Shown one piece after another: positions 39,728 through 54,018 of a DNA stretch of 64,000 nt. A program made the translations under genes and the position numbers. Position 1 is the first letter of the stretch. Each line of letters starts with the position of its first letter. Under the pieces are notes generated by a model. It saw nothing but the letters and a program-made list of their open reading frames with translations. It was not told the origin of the DNA and made no database searches. Source of the DNA: Eledone cirrhosa. Its lineage: Eukaryota. The DNA is taken from positions 25,606,001 through 25,670,000 of the forward strand of contig OZ024747.1 in assembly GCA_964016885.1 (NCBI GenBank). The letters are read 5' to 3'.

Positions 39728-41107
39728 GTTTCTATTTTGGGCACAAGGCCAGCAATTACTCAGTGTATTACTGGTACTTTATTTTTTTCGACCCCCGTAA
39801 GGATGAAAGGCAAAGTTAACCATGGCAGGATTTGAACTCAGACCGTAAAGGGACGTAACTATGCTGCAAAGCATGGCCATCAACCTAATATTTAATGTGT
39901 TCTTATTGCTATTGCTGAGTCCCACTCCTTTTACTCAATCTAATGTCCCCCATAGCTCCTTGTTGTTTCTCGTATACATTTCACTCCCATACCGTCCCTA
40001 ATATAGGTGGTAGTGCTGGTGCAACAACAAAAAGCTCCCAGTCCACTCTGTAAGGTGATAGTGCCGGAGTCACGATAATACGCTCCCAGAGCGCAATGTA
40101 AAGTGATTGGCGTTAGAAACCCTGTCAGCCCCATATAAGCAAGGAAAAAAAGACATTAAACAGTGATAATTATGATGTTGTGTATGACCCTTTGATTGGT
40201 GGTATGATGACGGTATCTCCAGACCTAGACCTGGCTGGAATATTTGCAGCAGAATTGCTCCTACATTTTATTTTTGGCATGATTTCTACAGCTGGACACC
40301 CTTTCTAATGCCAACCATTTTACAGAGTGTACTGGGTGCATTTTATAGTGGCACCAACACTACTACTAGAGTGATCATAATAATGATATTAATAGTTCTT
40401 TCTAACATTGGTACAAGGCCAGCAATATGGGAGAAGGAGAAAGTCAATTAAATCAACCCCAGTACTAATAAAGTTTGTCTTGAGCCAGAAGGCTTGTTAG
40501 GCTGGTACTTATCCCGGTTTCATGACGTGAAGCGACTGAGTACAAGAGGCCCCCCTGGACAGGACACCAGTCCATCACATGGTTAAACCCCCAGCTATTG
40601 CTGATACTTATTTTCAGATGAGTATACTGGAGCAATGTGAAATGAAATGTTTTGCTAAAAAAACAGAACATGCAACCCAGCCCAGGAATCAAACTCACAA
40701 CATTATCATCCTAAGTCCAACACCCTTACCACTAGCTTATTTCAGTTTTATCAGACTTTACGCAACTAAGAGTACACGACATACCTCTTGCATGGGACAC
40801 CCATTCATCAGGTATTTAATCTCTCAGGTAGTATTTTTTCAGCTAAGTGCTCTGTAGCAAAATGAAATGAAGTAAACTACCTGATCGAGGCATCCAACCC
40901 ACAACATTACAATCATGAGCCTAACATCTTAACCACTAGGCCACGTGCATTCACATATCTCCAGTATGAACCAACAAAAATCTTATCAGTTTTACCAAAC
41001 TTGTATTGATACTTAGAATTACAGGAAAATTAGTTGTATAAGATCCTGTGTGCATGTGCGCGCATATACATTCAAACACTATATATATATATAGCATGTA
41101 TATATAT

Positions 41108-44100
41108 ATCATCATCATCATCATCATTTTACGTCTGCTTTTCCCTGCTTGCAAGGGTGGGACGGGTCTTATTCAGCACAGCATCTCTCCACTCGTCACG
41201 GTCCTTCGTCATCTCCACTGTTTTCACCACCTCCGCCCATGTTTTTCGTGGTCTACCTCTACCACGTCTTCCTTCAACTGGCATTTCCTGGCACTTCTTC
41301 ACCCATCGGTCATCCTCCATGCGCATCACATGTCCATACCACTTCAGTCTCCTCTCCCGTACACTACATTCTATCCCTCTCAGACAGTTTCTCTCTCAAC
41401 ACATTTATGCTGGGTCGTTCACGCACATTTACACTGCACATCCAATGGAGCATGCTTGCCTCATTTCTCTCCAGCCGTCGCATATCCTCTGCAGTTGCTG
41501 CCCATGTCTCACTACCATAAAGCATCGCGCTCCTCACACAGGCATCATACAACCGGCCTTTCGTACGCAGGGAGAAACCCTTCTTCGTCAACAGAGGAAG
41601 CAGCTCCCTAAACTTCTTCCAACCCGTCATTCTAGATACTATGGCCTCGGAACACCCTCCTCCCATGCTAATCTGATCTCCTAGGTACCACTTCTATAGC
41701 ACCCTCCTGCATTTGAAAAATGTGTCTATCAATGCGACTTCTACTGTCTAATTTCCCTGTACATCTACTGCATACATATTTCTCCCTACCTGTTAGTTTG
41801 CCTGCTATCCCGCTACATCTCTTGTGTACCCAGGATCTGAATTGTGTGCATTTTATAGGATTTATGCCAGTTCTTTTTCTGCATATCGAACATGGCCATT
41901 TCCCTGACGGAATCAGGGTTTTGTCCTCTTTTCTACTCATCAACACTTTTGTCTTAGCTAGGTTCACTCTCAGTCCTCTTGCTTCCAACTGCTGTTTCCA
42001 TAGCCAGAATTTATTCTCTAGCTCCTCTACTGATTCTGCTATAAGAACCAGATCGTCAGCATAGAGAAGTTCCCATGGACAGCCAGTCTTAAACTCCTCT
42101 GTTATGGCTTGGAGGACTATAATGAACAAGAGCGGGCTGAGGACCGAACCCTGATGTACTCTTACTTGTATCTGAAATTCCTCCCCTGACTTTACTGAGA
42201 GTACCTCTGTACAAAGTTTGCACTGTCCTCACAAGCCATTCCTCAACACCTAGCTTCCTTAGGGACCACCAGATGACAGATCGGGGTACCCTATCAAAGG
42301 CCTTCTCTAGGTCAACAAAGGCTAAGTATAGTGGCTTATTCTTCTCTAAGAACCTCTCTTGCAATTGTCTCACCAAGAAGAGGGCATCTGTTGTACTCTT
42401 CCCAGGCACAAAACCAAACTGCATCTCATCTAGTTTGACCCTTTCTCTAATTAGTTGTGCTAAAATCCTTTCTGCCACTTTCATAACCTGATCTATCAGT
42501 TTTATACCCCTATAATTGCTCCTCTCCAGAGCATCCCCTTTACCTTTGTAGCAATTTATGAGAATACTGCTGCACCAGTCTTTGGGTATGACACCACCAT
42601 ATATAGCCTGATTGATGGTGCGTGCAACCAGTTTAGTGCCTACGTCCCCTGATGCCTTCAGCATCTCAGCAACTATTCCCGATGGTCCGGCAGCCTTACC
42701 ATTTTTCATTTCCCTAATCGCCTCTTGGACCCTATATTCGTCAATCTCAATAGCTGGTCCCTCTGTCGGATCTACCAAGGGTAATTTCTCTCTCTCCCAT
42801 TTGTTCTCCACATTCATCAGTCTCTCATAATGACATTTCCAGGCCTCCTTTTTCTGATCATTCGTGACACTAAGTACACCGGCATCATCCCGGACACATT
42901 TATCTCCAACAACATCCTGATTTGCATTGACACACTGCCTTGCAATGTGGAACACCGCACCCCTCTGATCTTCCTGTCGCAGAACATTGGCAAACCTCCT
43001 ACTCTCTGCCTCCCTGCGTGCTAAGTACACCTGACGTCTAGCTTCTCTATTAGTGGCTGTATATTCTTCCCTACTCCCACCCTTTTTCCAAGCCTTCCAT
43101 GCTAGTCTTTTGTCTCTAAAAACCTTATCTACTGTGCTGTTGCACCACCAGGTCACTCTCTGTCTGGTTGGAGGTCTGCTCCAGCCACAAGTTTCATCAG
43201 TAGCCTGCAGCAAGTTATCACGTAAGAAATTCCAGTTATTATCTATGTCATACGTCTCTAAATCGTCTTCTTTTTCGTCATATACATCTTGAAGGGCTTT
43301 CCTAAATTTGTATTTTAGTGAAAGGTCTTTTAGCTTCCAGACCTTTCTTCTCCACACCTTCCTATATGTCTCATTCCATCTCTTGCTTACTGAGATATCA
43401 CTAACAACTAACCTATGCTGTGGGGTACATTCTTCCCCAGGGTATGCCTTGGTATTAGACACTATCTGCCTGTCCCGCTGCCTAACTAGTAAGAAGTCAA
43501 TCTGGCTTGTGTGCTCACCAGATTTGTAGGTTATTAGGTGATTGGCAGGTTTCTGGAAGTTTGTGTTGCAAATAGTCAATGTACATGCATCACAAAATTC
43601 AAGAAGTCTCACTCCTTCATTTCTTGAACCGTAACCGTGCCCACCATGTACCCCAGTGTAACCATCCTGGAGCTGTCCAACATGACCATTGAAGTCTCCT
43701 GCTAGCATAACGATGTCTCCGTCCTCTGTCATTGCAGTTGTTTGTAAAAGTTGCTCATAAAAGCAGTCTTTCTCATCTTTGTCTAGGCCTGCTTGGGGAG
43801 CATAGACCGAGATGATTGTCAGTAGTCTCCTGCCTACAACTAATCTAAGCTTAATTATTCGATTACTAACTCGAACTACCTCTATTGTCTTATTGATCCA
43901 TTTCTCAGCCAGGAAAATGCCTACTCCCCCTAACCCATCATCCTTACCTACCCAGAATAGCTTATAGCTAAGACGTTTGCCTACGACTAGTCTCGCAGAG
44001 GCACCTCTCCATCTCACCTCTTGCACGCAGCACACATCCACCTGCCTTCTCTCCAGCATCTCCGCTATTTCAGCAGATCTACCTCCGAGAGTGCCAACAT

Positions 44101-44208
44101 TAAGTGTTGCAACTCTGAGATGCGACGTCTTCATATTTTGTTGTTGTTCCTATTTATTGCTGTGCTGATAAGCGTCTTGGCATTGATACACTGGTTGGAT
44201 GCCCTGGT
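41108..44208 (-). mobile_element. Near-full-length RTE-clade LINE (frameshifted)
   Basis: Single APE+RT ORF broken into pieces (44134-42089, 42129-41668, 41666-41364, 41329-41129). (GAT)n tail at 41108-41127; TA tracts on both sides. Confidence 0.95.
41129..44134 (-). pseudogene. APE endonuclease plus reverse transcriptase (RTE ORF), disrupted
   Basis: APE motifs VATLNVGTL, CVQEVRWRG, GDFNGHVG, QIDFLL, HRLVV. RT motifs GKAAGPSGI, NYRGIKL, QFGFVPGKST, AFVDLEKAFDRV, LYADDLVL. Confidence 0.93.
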
Positions 44209-45042
44209 TGTATATATATATATATATATATATATAGTTTACCTCCGGCACTCGCGGTCCCATTTATTCATGGAATTTTCCTTAGAACCTAATTAACAAT
44301 TATTCATGGAAACCACCATATATTCGCAGAATTATAAATATCTTCGGCAATATTTCTTTTTTTTTTTTCGTGACATATATTTCTTCACGCTTTTTAATGC
44401 TAAATTATTAACAACAATATACTGTATTTGTCGGCTTATATTTTACATTATGTATCGACATTTATAGGCATTTTTATGGACCATTTCCAATATTCGTAGT
44501 TTTTCACTCTTCGCGGGTGCTCTAGGAACATAACCCCAGCGAATATGGGGGGGGGGGGGGACAACAGTATGTATGTATATGTATATATATATAAATATAT
44601 ATCATATATCGAGTTAGAAACTCAAAATAGTCTTTTACAATTAAATAGCTCAAAGAAGGAAATCTTTCTGAGCCGTGTAATAAATATATATATATATTAC
44701 CCACTCTACTACCCTAAGTATTGAGTACTCTGGTGCGTTATGGTCCACCTGGTTCCTTACCACACTTCCTTCGTTATATATATAATATAAATATATGTAT
44801 ATATATATTTATTTTACGATTGACTTTCATCAAATCGGACCGAGGAAACAATGTTTCCATTGGTCTTTCCAATTGCTAATACTATCTATTGGTTGCAACT
44901 CCAGGTAGAAGGAGCAATGGGAAATAAAGTGCCTTGCTCAAAGACATAACGCATCGCCCGGTCCGGTAATCAAACTCACAACCTCACGATTGCGAATCCA
45001 ATTCTCTAACCACTCAGCCACACGCCTTCACAATATATATAT

Positions 45043-45097
<55 letters not shown>

Positions 45098-45229
45098 GAC
45101 TTAGAGTCTGGTCTTGGGTGGCAACCCAGATCACGAGCCAGCTGCTTGCGGAATATTTGTAACCAGGATTGAGCAATAAATCTATGTAGCACCTCCACTT
45201 TGTTGTTGTTCTTATATATATATATATAT

Positions 45230-45572
45230 GGAGGCACATGGCTTAGTGGTTAGAGCATTGGCCTTGCAATCGAAAGGTTGTGAGTTCAATTCTCAGACCG
45301 GGTGATGTGTTGTTTCCTTGAGCAAGACACTTTATTTCACATTGCTCCAGTTTACTCAGCTGTAGAAATGAGATGATAGGGACTGGGGTCCATATCATTC
45401 CACTGCAAAGTGGTCGTGGAGGTGCCACGGTAAAAAAGCACCCAGCACTCACTGTAAATGAGGTTGGTGTTAGGAAGGGCATCCAGCTGTAGAAATCAAG
45501 CCAAAATCAGTTCCCGTCCCTCCCTTGCAAGCAGGGAAAAGTGGACGTAAAATGAAATGATGATGAATGATG
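45230..45572 (+). mobile_element. Young composite SINE (tRNA head plus RTE tail)
   Basis: A-box TGGCTTAGTGG, B-box GAGTTCAATTC, middle GGGCATCCAGCTGTAGAAA, and 3' CCCTTGCAAGCAGGGAAAAGTGGACGTAAAATG nearly identical to the RTE 3' end. Confidence 0.85.
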
Positions 45573-45692
45573 ATACCCCGAAATATTGAAATATAAGGTA
45601 AAAATGTCCACAGTTGTTTTGTTTTGTTTTACTTTTCTGTTTTCACTCCATTTCTAACTCGCATTGAACAGGTATACATACATACACACACA

Positions 45693-46507
45693 TCTATATA
45701 TATAAAACTGTGGTTGTCTGTCTGTCTATAGATTTTTGGCACACATCTCCTCTTAGAATCTCTGACGGAATTGCACCGAAATTGCTATACTTGTACATTG
45801 AGCCCTAGCGAAGACATCGGAAAAAAAATATTTCAAATTGACCCACCCTATGTGATGAAATCGAATATAATGTATCGATTTTTGAGCGTAAGTTATCAGT
45901 TATTTCCCTTTGTTATGTTTACATTGAGCGTCTTACGTAAAAAATTACGCTGGCTTTCTCAGCGTTTAAAATGACATTAACACAATACACGAACAGTTGT
46001 CGAGCCAGCAAAATATTGACCTGCAAAATTCATCAGTTCGAACACTAAGCTTCCGTTTTGCTTCATTTCCATTTAAAAGCATTTTAAAACAATATTTTTA
46101 CTTGAAAACAAGTCTATTTAAAGACTACGTAAAACAAGCAAATATTTCAGGCGTGCAGACAGACAGTCGTGCAGAGAGGTGATATAGGCGTGCAGACAGA
46201 CATAACTGATAATTTGGTTACGCTAATGTTTTTCTCTGCGTTGCAGTGTTTACATTTTCGATCTTTGTTAATAAATAACCAGTGCAGTTTCTATCCCCAG
46301 CATCCTCTTTTGTTATAACATTCGGGTTATCGTTATGTTTTCTTAACTTCATAAGGCATATTGTTGGTTGAGGGAATATTAATCAAAAACACCACATGCA
46401 AGTCTGCACAGTAGACATTACAGTTTTTAAGCCAAAAAAGAAACTTAACATTGTAACTTTAACACAGCTACTGAGCGACCCCGAGCAACGCCGGGCTTTA
46501 CTGCTAG
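45693..46507 (+). mobile_element. Non-autonomous Helitron
   Basis: Inserted at A|T. Starts TCTATATATATAAAA followed by (GTCT)n. Ends with the hairpin CCCGAGCAACGCCGGG about 9 nt before a terminal CTAG. No TSD. Confidence 0.85.
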
Positions 46508-48493
46508 TACAATATAAATACATACATGACAGGCTTCCACATAATTTCCATCTACCAGAAGACAGTCATTATGCTACATACTGAGATCAAACCTGGAATC
46601 ACATGATTTCAAACAAACTTCTTAATCACACAGTCATGCTTTAATCATTGTGATGGTATGGCTATTATTAACTGTACCATAGACACAAAGATCCAGAAGT
46701 AACTAACAGATAGTGTTGTTTAATTCTATTAAACATTGATTAAAATACAGGTATGTTATGAATTGAAACAGCTATGCATCTGTCTATGTGTATTTTATTT
46801 ATTCAACTATTTTACATTCATTTTATCTTAAAGCCAGTATGCATGGATAGGTTTGTAAATTTGGAATATTTACACATAACTTGTTGTGGGCAAATATTTA
46901 AATAGCCTTCGTATTGTTATCAACACAACTGTGGTGAGAGATGTTGCCAACCAGGCAGACTGAATCAATTACTAATTCACAATACATTGGCTGTGACATG
47001 GTTTTGTCAGTATGACCATACTGCTCATGCTAGTGAAGTCTTGTGGCTGTGTGGTTAGGCTATTCAACTCACGATCATAAAGTCATGAGTTCAATTGCCA
47101 GTGGATTGCTTTGTCCTTGTGCAAGATATTATATTTCATGATGATCCAATTCATTCAACTGGAAAAAATGAGTTGTAATTCAAAGGGCCAGCCTTGTTAC
47201 ACACTGTGTCATGCTGAATGTCCTTGAGAACTCAGTTAAGACTACATGTGTCTATGGAATGCTTAGCCACTTGCACATTGATTTCATGAGCAGATTGTTA
47301 CATTGATCAAATCAACTGGAACATTTGTTGTCAGAACTGATGGAGGTACAACACTGCTTACACTGGTATCCTGGACTGCATCCAGAAAAAATGTCAGTAC
47401 ATCAATTGGTTTAAAGTCATTTTCTGGCTCTCTTCAATGTTAGGCCCACAGTTATGCTGTTTCTCGCCTCTGCCTCTTCTACCATTAATACAATGGTCTT
47501 GGCTCGTTAGAGCTAGCTGAACTCTTAGCACCTCCACTTAGGCATAATTCACTCACTCATCTATCCTCCTCTAACCACTCAGGTTGTATGCATTTTTTCA
47601 TCTACCAAGTTTTACTCACAAGAAATTAGTAAAAGGTGAGGCTATAGTAGAAGACACTTGCTCAAGGTGCCACGTAGTAGAGCTAAAACAAAAACCACAT
47701 TGTTTCAAAAAAACTCCTTAACCACATAGCTATACCTGCACCTATCTATTCATTTATTGTGCTACAATGAAAACAACATAGTAGATGTTTGCTTAAGATA
47801 CACAGTACAACATGGAGAGACCAGATCAGCTACAAGGAAGTGATGAGAAAAGCAGGGATGATATGTTAACATGATATCAGGGAGAGAGAGAAAATAAGGA
47901 GGCTAGCAACAAACTTTCTTTGAGTAATGAGGTCTGTAAAGATAGCACTGGAATAATTCCAAAAGTTGATAAATAATAACAAGAGAAGGCTAAGGAAGAC
48001 CTAGTGAAAAGTATTTTCAGAGAAAGTTTCAGACAGATAGACATCAACAGGAGCAACATGTACAGGGTTGTTTCATGTGGCAGGAATTGCTGGAGCAATG
48101 ATACTTGATTTCCAATACTCCAGTGGAAGCCAGAGAAAGAAAAAAGTATATATCATATTGTATGGTCCCGTAACTCCTGGGGGAGTCATGGTAGCATACA
48201 GCATTTCTTGGGCATTTTAAGCCTGGCAGAGCCCGTCCCTCTGTAGGTCTGGATACAGTAGTAGATTTCTTCCATAGAAAGATAGAAAGTGAGAGAGAGG
48301 AAGTGAGAAAGAGATACAGAGGAGGTACCGACCCAGTACTAGGCTGGTACTTTTTTTTTATCGACCGCAAAAGGATGACAGGCAAAGTTGACCTCAGCGG
48401 AATTTGAACTGAGAGAGCAGAGAGCCAGAATCAATACCGCAAAGCATTCTATCCAATATTCTAATGACTCAATTCACTGCCTTAAAATGTATA

Positions 48494-48707
48494 TATAGGA
48501 TGTCTCAAATGACATGACCCATAGGTATTTGTTTTCCATATATGAAATTCGTCTTTACATATAACATCAGTTCTATTACATTAAGTTTTTATATTCAGTG
48601 CATATGCAAGTGTCTCGAAATCTAAAGCCATCAATTTGAGCATTTGCTACAATATAACTTTTAATACTGTTTTGCTAAAGGACTCTGATTATTGGAGCAT
48701 CTTGTAT
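48494..48707. mobile_element. Possible Tc1/mariner MITE
   Basis: TATAGGATGTCTCAAAT ... ATTGGAGCATCTTGTATA form imperfect TIRs with TA ends. Confidence 0.35.
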
Positions 48708-51700
48708 AATAGGGTAAACTAACTGTACTACCCAAGGAAATGAGTATTAAGCTGCATTGGCAATAAGATGTAAAATGGCATCATCATTTTACATCTGTTG
48801 CCCATGGTGGCATGGGTTGGATGAGTCATCACAGTCCAAGACAAGACAGTCAGATAAGCATGTCTTGCACATACATTCCATATTTGGCATAGTTTCTATG
48901 GTGGCTGGATGTCCTTTCTAACACTAACTGCTTTACTGAGTTTACTGGATGCATTTTATTATAGCACTAGCACTACCACTTTACAGAGTATACTGGGTGC
49001 ATTCTATAATGACACCAGCACTACGACTTTATAGAGTTAATTGGGTGCATTTTATTAAAGCACCAGTACTACCTGCAAATCTTACATTATGTTATGAAGC
49101 CAACTGTGAAAACAAGTTTTATCAATTCTCTGCTAATACATCAACAAATGCATCCATTTTTGCAATATCTAAACGTTTCAGCCAAAAGAGAAAAAAATAA
49201 ATAAAACTCAAAACCAATTTCTTCATTGACAGATTTGTAAGCAAAAAAAAAAAAAAGTAAAAATAATAATAATAAATCAATTTCTGCAGTGGTTGCTTTA
49301 AGTATCTTTATTCCTTCTTTACCTAGCAACTAACAGATAAAGAACTGGAAAAAGCTAAAAGGAAAACCGAAGGCCAGGGGAATTCATTGCACAATGTTGA
49401 AATACATTTAGATATTAAAGTATTTCTTACTTAATAATGAAACCTCGTTTTTATAGAAGGAATATAACAAGGTTTTTAATGTTTTTCTTTTTTCTTAAAA
49501 ATGTATGTAAGACTCCATCATTCCTGATAGCTGTAGGGGCACCATCGGGACATGCAGTGTGTCTTAGGCACTTTAAACCTGGTTGAGCCCATATCCTCTC
49601 CAGGTCTGAACACAGCTGATTTCTTCCAGAGAAGAGGAGAGAGGGGAAACCAGAAAGAGATATAAAGGAAGAAAGTACTAGACTAGAACTTTTTTTATTG
49701 AACTTGAAATGATAAAAGGCAAAGTTGACTTCAGTGGGATTTGAACTGAGAGAGCTGGAACAATTACTGTATTACCAATTACCAATGTTCTGCTAATTTG
49801 CCACCTTAAAGTAGCTTATAATTGAAATCAAAATATGGTTGCAGGAACTTACCAAGAATTTACTGTTGCTCAGTAACCAGTAAGAAAAATAGAAATTTCT
49901 TTTACAGGCACATTTTCCATTCTGTTCTTTTATTTTTTTACTGATTTCAGTCATTAGAATGCAGCAATGTTAAGGCACTGCATAAACTCTTGGCTTCCGT
50001 CAATGATTTAGCAGAAAATATTTAAAAATAGGGTTGTTAATTTAAATGGTCACAGTATCTTTACGAGTGGACAGATTGCTGTGAAAATTTGCAGTGTTAG
50101 AATAAAGATTTTATATCTTTTAATGTTATGCAATCATAGTGCTGTTTTGTAGTTTTTAAGAATGTTTTGCTACTGTGGTTTCATACAGCTTGTTAATTTA
50201 ACTTTTTATAGTATCTCTACTATTGGACAGATTGTAGTGTAAATTTGCAGAATTAGAGTAACCATTAACATTTTTAATGTAATGTAGTCTTAGAGCTGTT
50301 TTGTACCTATTTTACTGTTGCAGTTACATGCAGTTCAGGATGTTAAGTGTTAAAGAGCTTTTCTACATTGGATTTTATACTGTGAAATATATTATATTTG
50401 AAATATAAATATGTATTATAAACACATCTAGTATGGATCTCTACGTTTTTCTGCAAACTACATATCAAAAGAGAAACTGTCCCCATCCCATCTATCCTAA
50501 CAAACACTAGATCAACTTTACCTCAGTGATAATCATATTTCTAATGAGATATACTGTATTTGAATTAATAAATGAAGAATTTAGAACAATTTACTAGATG
50601 ATGATGATTTTATTGTTTAGATGATATCTGAAACATAACAAAAGGTTCTTATATTCAATTATGTTAGAAGATTTTAATTTAAACTTTTCATGACTGTATT
50701 TCTAATTCAGTACACTCTATTTCGATTAATTAATGAAAAATTAACGTAACAAATTATATTGAAAGATTTTGATTTAAATAGGAACTCTATAAATGGGTGG
50801 TATCAAAAGAGTTTTAAAAATGTTGGAGAGGAGACTCATGTTTAACATTGTGAGAACAAGCTCCAGATAACTAATTTGATAACTCTGAAAGTATGTTGTG
50901 TTGAACCTTCGTCAGTTACAAGTGTTCCAGTTATTTTGATCAATGGAACAACCAGCTCCTGAAATTAACAGGCAATTAGCTGAGCATTCCACAGACCCAT
51001 ATATCCATATTGTAGTTCTCAGGGAGATTCTGTACAACACAGAATGTGTCAAGGTTGTTCCTTTGAATTACAGGTACAATTCATTTTTGTCAGCTGAGTT
51101 GACTGGAGCAATGTGAAATAAAGTGTCTTGCTCAAGGATACAACATGTTGCTGGGAATCAAACTCATGACTTTATGATATAAGCCAAACAATCTAACTAC
51201 TAAGCCACATGACTTCATTAATCTAAAAGTAGGACACTTTGAAAGCAAAACCAGTTTCTCTTGTGCCTTCTCTCAATAGAGTGGCAATAGTAAAGGTCTT
51301 TAGCTATGAAATTCCCATCACTCAAATAATACAGATGAATGAAGCCTGAAATTTATGGAGATATTGAGACCCAGATGTTAATCTGAACAAGACAATCTAT
51401 ACATGAAGAAATATTGTATTACCGTTGTTTCTAAATATACACACAAGGTTGAATGACCATCAATCTCACCATTGTACAAAAGAGATAATTGAGAGAAGTA
51501 TTAAGTATACAACCCACTCAGAATCTATACATGAAAGGCAGCAAATTGACAGACTTGTTAAAAATGTCTGATAGAATGATGTGGTATTCAGTCCAGCTCT
51601 CTGAGTTCAGATCACACCGAGATCAATTTTGCCTTTTATTTTTTCAAGGTCAATAAAAAAGTACCAGTCCAGTATTAGGGTAAATTCTTTCTCTATATTT

Positions 51701-52415
51701 CTTTCTCGTTTCCTCTCCTTATCTGAAAGAAACAAGATAGGCTTAGCCAGATTTAAATTGCCCACTGTGGTTTCCCGATGACTCCATTAGGAGTTACAGG
51801 CCTGTACATACATTTCCCACATTTCTATGTTTTGCTCACTTTTCACACAACGTTGGATGACCTTCACTCTCACCATTGTATAAAAGAGAACAATTTGTGG
51901 GATTATGGATGGCATGCCGGAAGTAACAGGAGGAGTGACATCATATGAATGGAAGGGCAACATGATTGGGTCTCTTTCCTCGTGGGGATTGGTAGCTAGC
52001 ATGTGTGGATCAATGAGCTTGTGGGAAACCCAGAATTTCTGGCAAGAATTTGGCTGAGTAGGGTTCGTGAATTACACAACTAGACAACAGTGATGTTGGA
52101 GCAGGACTGGCAATTTAAGTGATTTTACATCTCCCATCTACATTGACTCAGCTAGAATTTATGCATGAAGAAATATTGCACTGACCATGTATTACCCATC
52201 TTTCAAGATGTTTCTAAACACACACACAAAGTTTCGTGACCCTGAATCTCACCACATACAACATAGAATCTATTATGTATTTGACCCAACCACAATCTAT
52301 AGCACTTTTCATATAACTACTAATGTTTTCTAGCTTCTATTCAGAGTTAGCATGAATCGCAGCAGCTAATCAAATATTAAGTCTTTTATGTATATGTGTA
52401 TATATGTATATATAT

Positions 52416-52450
<35 letters not shown>

Positions 52451-52582
52451 CACACACGTGTGCGTGAGTGTTTGTACATGTATGTGTGTGCATTTACACA
52501 CATACAGTAATTAACATCATTATTATTGAAGTCTTTTATATGTGTAAGTATATATATAAATATATATATATATTTATATATT

Positions 52583-52619
<37 letters not shown>

Positions 52620-53808
52620 AGAGAGTGCGAGCAAGAGGGAAGATCAATATATAACATTGCAGAGAGAACAGAGAAAGAGATGTAAAAATGAAAAGAATGA
52701 AAAAATAAAATAAAAAAGAAAAGTCAGAAATGAGAGAGAGAGATAGAGAGAGAGAGATAGAGAGAGAGGGGGGGGGGATATGGGGAGACACAAGGCAAGG
52801 CCATTTTTTTTTTATCAATTGATTAGAGAAATCTAATCAATAGCTAATGTGATCCTGATTTCTGATCGATGGGATGAATCATTTTAATTCACCAATATTT
52901 CACATAAAATCTAACAAAGCAACCAATAACACTGGAGATGGTGGTGGGTGCTGTGGTCGTGGGAAGTTGGGCCTTATCCCATTGTAGTGCTGGTGGTGAT
53001 GGTGGGGTATTTGGCCTTATCTCACTGGCAACAACTTGAGCTATGTTTCAGCTTGAATTTGTTTAGTTTTTTCCTCAATATACTTCATTTAACAATAAAC
53101 TAGTCTCAGATTTAGAGACACAAAAAAAAAAAAATCACAGAAGCTATCGTGAAATTTAAGAAATATGGTCAACTTTAGATAGAAAATATAGTCTTTAAAT
53201 GATAACTTCCTCTTCCTCCAAACCTCCTTTATAGAGAGAATTGAGCAGATAATGTCATAAGAGTTTGTGGGAATACCTATAAATAAGGAGTTGTGTGAAG
53301 ACTGGGGTGACAGTGTACAGTGTTTCCAGTAGAGGTGGGGTGTCATAGATTTGTAGCTAGATCCAGTATACCCTGCCTTGCTGTTATTATTGGACTTTGA
53401 AAGGAGAATAGACTAGTGATTCAAGAACTGAAGTTGAATGCAGAAAATGCTTCATTATGGATGTGGCAGAATCATTTGAAAGAAAGAACCAATGCTGAGT
53501 CAGCAAGGAGTAAACATAATTCTTCAAGGGTGGGAGTGGTTATATCAGGATGGATAAGAAAAGGAAAAATTGTGCTACTGAGTGAACCATAAAACTTGGA
53601 ACACTCCCTGGTAGCATCAATGTTGTTCAGTACTACCAAAGGGAGCAATACTGTTGAAATTATATGAGCTTAACAGCCAATGAGTTCAAAGGTCAATTAA
53701 CCCAGTATGCACACTGTCATATTTTATCTGGAAACTCTAGGATGAAGACAGCAACATCTCCAACATGAAGACAGCAACATCTCCAACATCAAATAGAGTT
53801 TCCTCGAC

Positions 53809-54018
53809 CAGGCAGGTCAAACTGAAAATCCCCCCCCCCCCCCCGAGGGCCACATGGGTCACATATGTGCTGTCTGTGGGCCACACACGACAACTAATTA
53901 CGCACATTACTACTAATTAAAAATTTTTTTATTATGAAGATAAAACATGCTCGCACTGTAAGAACCTTTGTGCAGGCCACAGGTGTGCTTGTAAGGGACC
54001 GCATGTTTGACATACCTG
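53809..54018. mobile_element. hAT (Charlie-like) MITE
   Basis: TIRs CAGGCAGGTCAAAC / GTTTGACATACCTG; 8-bp TSD TCCTCGAC / TCCTAGAC; internal GGGCCAC/GGCCAC motifs. Confidence 0.75.

Noticed and set aside
40778-40817. Minus-strand CTGATGA-ATGGG-TGT-CCCAT-GCAA motif
   Set aside because: GCAA instead of GAAA and no proper UH. It lies in a diverged SINE body whose other copies lack the motif.
45230-45305. tRNA gene
   Set aside because: A and B boxes are present, but the sequence continues into a SINE body and I could not fold a full cloverleaf.
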